In this document: positions 61,614 to 64,000 of the stretch, piece by piece
How the letters are laid out: each line of letters opens with the position of its first letter
Numbering within the stretch: position 1 is the first letter of the stretch
Assembly: GCA_050084985.1 (NCBI GenBank)
Contig: JBITNC010000001.1
Location: 144,584,001 to 144,648,000, forward strand
Reading direction: 5' to 3'
Length of the DNA stretch: 64,000 nucleotides
Origin: Nageia nagi
Taxonomy: Eukaryota > Plantae > Pinophyta
Position numbers and translations under genes: made by a program
Notes under the pieces: generated by a model
Database searches by the model: none
Told to the model about the DNA's origin: nothing
Seen by the model: the letters and a program-made list of their open reading frames with translations, nothing else

Positions 61614-64000
61614 ATGCCTATATCTTTCAAGGCTATCTTGTTAGATCTATTTTTATTTATCCTTATTGTTAATAAAGAAGTTCATATTGTCTAGTACATG
61701 TTATGAGGATATCATAAACATGTATATTGTTGATTTTAATACATGCTACAAGCATCAACTTACCATCAAAGTATTCCTCATGTTTATTATTATCTTGTCT
61801 AAATTATTCAAATTATTTATCTTTGTACTTACTATTACATTTATTAATTTTTAACCTAAGAAAAGTTAATTATCTTTTCATAGGGCATAATTAGTCATAC
61901 ATTAGGTGAACCTTTTAAGCAATATATTAGATTGAAAACATCGCATTTGGCAATACATTGATGTTGTCTTTTGAGTCTACAATAATATTCAATATTGCAT
62001 ATCTATTTAAAGAGTCATTGAGAAGACTATTTTCCTCCATTTCCTCTTTATAGCATTGTGCATATTTGATTTGATTTCTTTGTGTGTTTGAAAAATGGCA
62101 ACCAAATGTAGTAACATTATCCATCCATTTTCAGTAACCTTTCATCAAACTAAATTTCATTCTATTTAATTCAATTTTTTTTTTTTTCAATTTAAAACCT
62201 AATATCAAGGTATACTAAGTCAACTAATCCAACAAGCAAAACACAATTATTCGATGAATTCACAAAATGGCTCTCAATTTTCTCAAAGCAATGCACCCAT
62301 TCTCTTAGAAAGATTAAAATTTGTACATTTTCATCTCCAATATCAAAAGTTCACTCATCTATCCCATCAAAACAAACCAACCCTTATCATTGTGATCTTC
62401 ACAACCACATACATGGTGTCATTCCTCACAAAACAAAAATTAACTCTTTTTTAGAACAATCTCTACTCAAATATACACCCATCATATCATACTTATAATT
62501 AAATCTATTAAAATATATGACTAGATAAGAATCAAACCTTGAAGGTTCTAATTGCCAACAAAAGCTTTTATGGATTAACCATTCAATTCCATCCTCTTCC
62601 CAAACCACACACAAGCTTACCATATTAGCCTAACTTTACAAATATGTTTTATAACATTGGATCATCTATAACTCAAATCCTAAACTTCTTCGAGAAACTC
62701 TATTTTTTCATGTGAATTGATCTTCTAAAAATTAAGACAAGATAAATTATTTTTAATTTTATTATACATAAACATTAACATCTTCTTGAGATTGACTTAA
62801 TAAAGATGTAAGGAAAAATTATATACCATCATTTTCATCCTTCTTAAATTTATTAATAGCTTGTTATTCATTATAAATTTTGTATGAGTCATAAGGATAC
62901 TTAATAATTATATTATAATAGCACAATAAAACATCACATTAAATTAATTTTCAATAGAAAAGGTGATTAAATATTATCATAAAACTAGTTTGGTTCAACT
63001 TCGTTGTTACAACCTAATATGTATAGGGTGAACAACAATAAAAAAATTGTATTTATTAAAATCAAATTGTATATTCCTATATGAATTGGGGTTGAATCGA
63101 GACAAATAAGGTGATGGGTGGAGAGTTTGAGCAGCTAGCCAATGGATAGTTGAGTCAGTTTGATCACACTACCTCAAATATGAGTAATACGGTGAATCAA
63201 GAAACATCACTTCCCCTTTCTCCCCCATGGTAGGGCTTATGGTGATTAGCATGATTGTGAAAATTGAGCCACTTTATTTAATGATCAATTGAAATCTAGT
63301 AATTATTATTGAAAGTTGATAATTCTAATATATAGGAAATTAGATCACTTCCAAAGAATATTATTCATGTGAGTTGTGTTCAAAACATCATGAGACAATT
63401 TGATCCATATTCAATATGGGAGATTGAGATTCTCGTCCAGCCTAACATAAACTCATTAATGGTGAGATGCAACAATACTTAAAGATCCTAACAAGCTAAG
63501 TTCATAGCTAATTGAGCATATCAACATTCAATACTCTTTTATATCTATTGAAAAAAAAGTTAAATCAAACAGTTAAAATAAATAAACTATTAACAATATA
63601 TATCACAAGCATGGAAGAAATTGACTTTTGACAAAGATACATTTGATGTTTCATATTTTCAATCAAATAAATAAATATTATTATCATAATAATCTTCAAA
63701 TAAATATGGAAAATGATCTTTGCATTTTACATATTAATTATTTTAAAATATAACATTAACTTAAAAGAATATAAGCATGTATTATTTACATATGAACAAC
63801 TAAGTTCTATAGTTATAAATTGATAACAAATATGAGTAAAAAGAGTCAAATTCAAATTGTTGTTAGTTCTATCTTTATTAGTGTGTTAATCAAACCAAGA
63901 TCTTATACGACTTAATACAATATCAACATTTCTCCATCATATGTATAGGTCCATCAAGACACCTCCATCACATAATAATTTTTAATATATTAAATTTTGC

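Overview
AT-rich, repeat-dense land-plant nuclear DNA. Giant TE-filled introns and the TE families suggest a gymnosperm, but that is inference only. Two host genes lie on the + strand: the last three coding exons of ER glucosidase II alpha subunit (GH31, RSW3/GANAB; 14186-20426, upstream exons outside the window) and a complete 3-exon psbR (54716-55517). Most of the rest is nested transposons whose ends can be read from TSDs, PBSs and PPTs. (1) A decayed minus-strand chromovirus-type Gypsy element (178-10076) whose pol is largely replaced by apparently intronless ACA Ca2+-ATPase pieces and an ankyrin fragment. It hosts a solo LTR, two hAT-type MITEs and a TSD-bounded LINE with an extra ORF between RNase H and the poly(A) tail. 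(2) A heavily C-to-T/G-to-A decayed Copia (29461-36952). (3) A non-coding LTR element (38716-52106, TSD GCATA) holding a solo LTR and a young related Copia (42767-51482), whose 5' leader carries a ClpP / LINE-ORF1 chimera. (4) A non-coding large-LTR element (58094-61613). Further captured host fragments (UFD2/UBE4, CstF-77) lie in TE-like contexts. No rRNA, tRNA or CRISPR seen. All homology calls come from motif recognition, not database searches.
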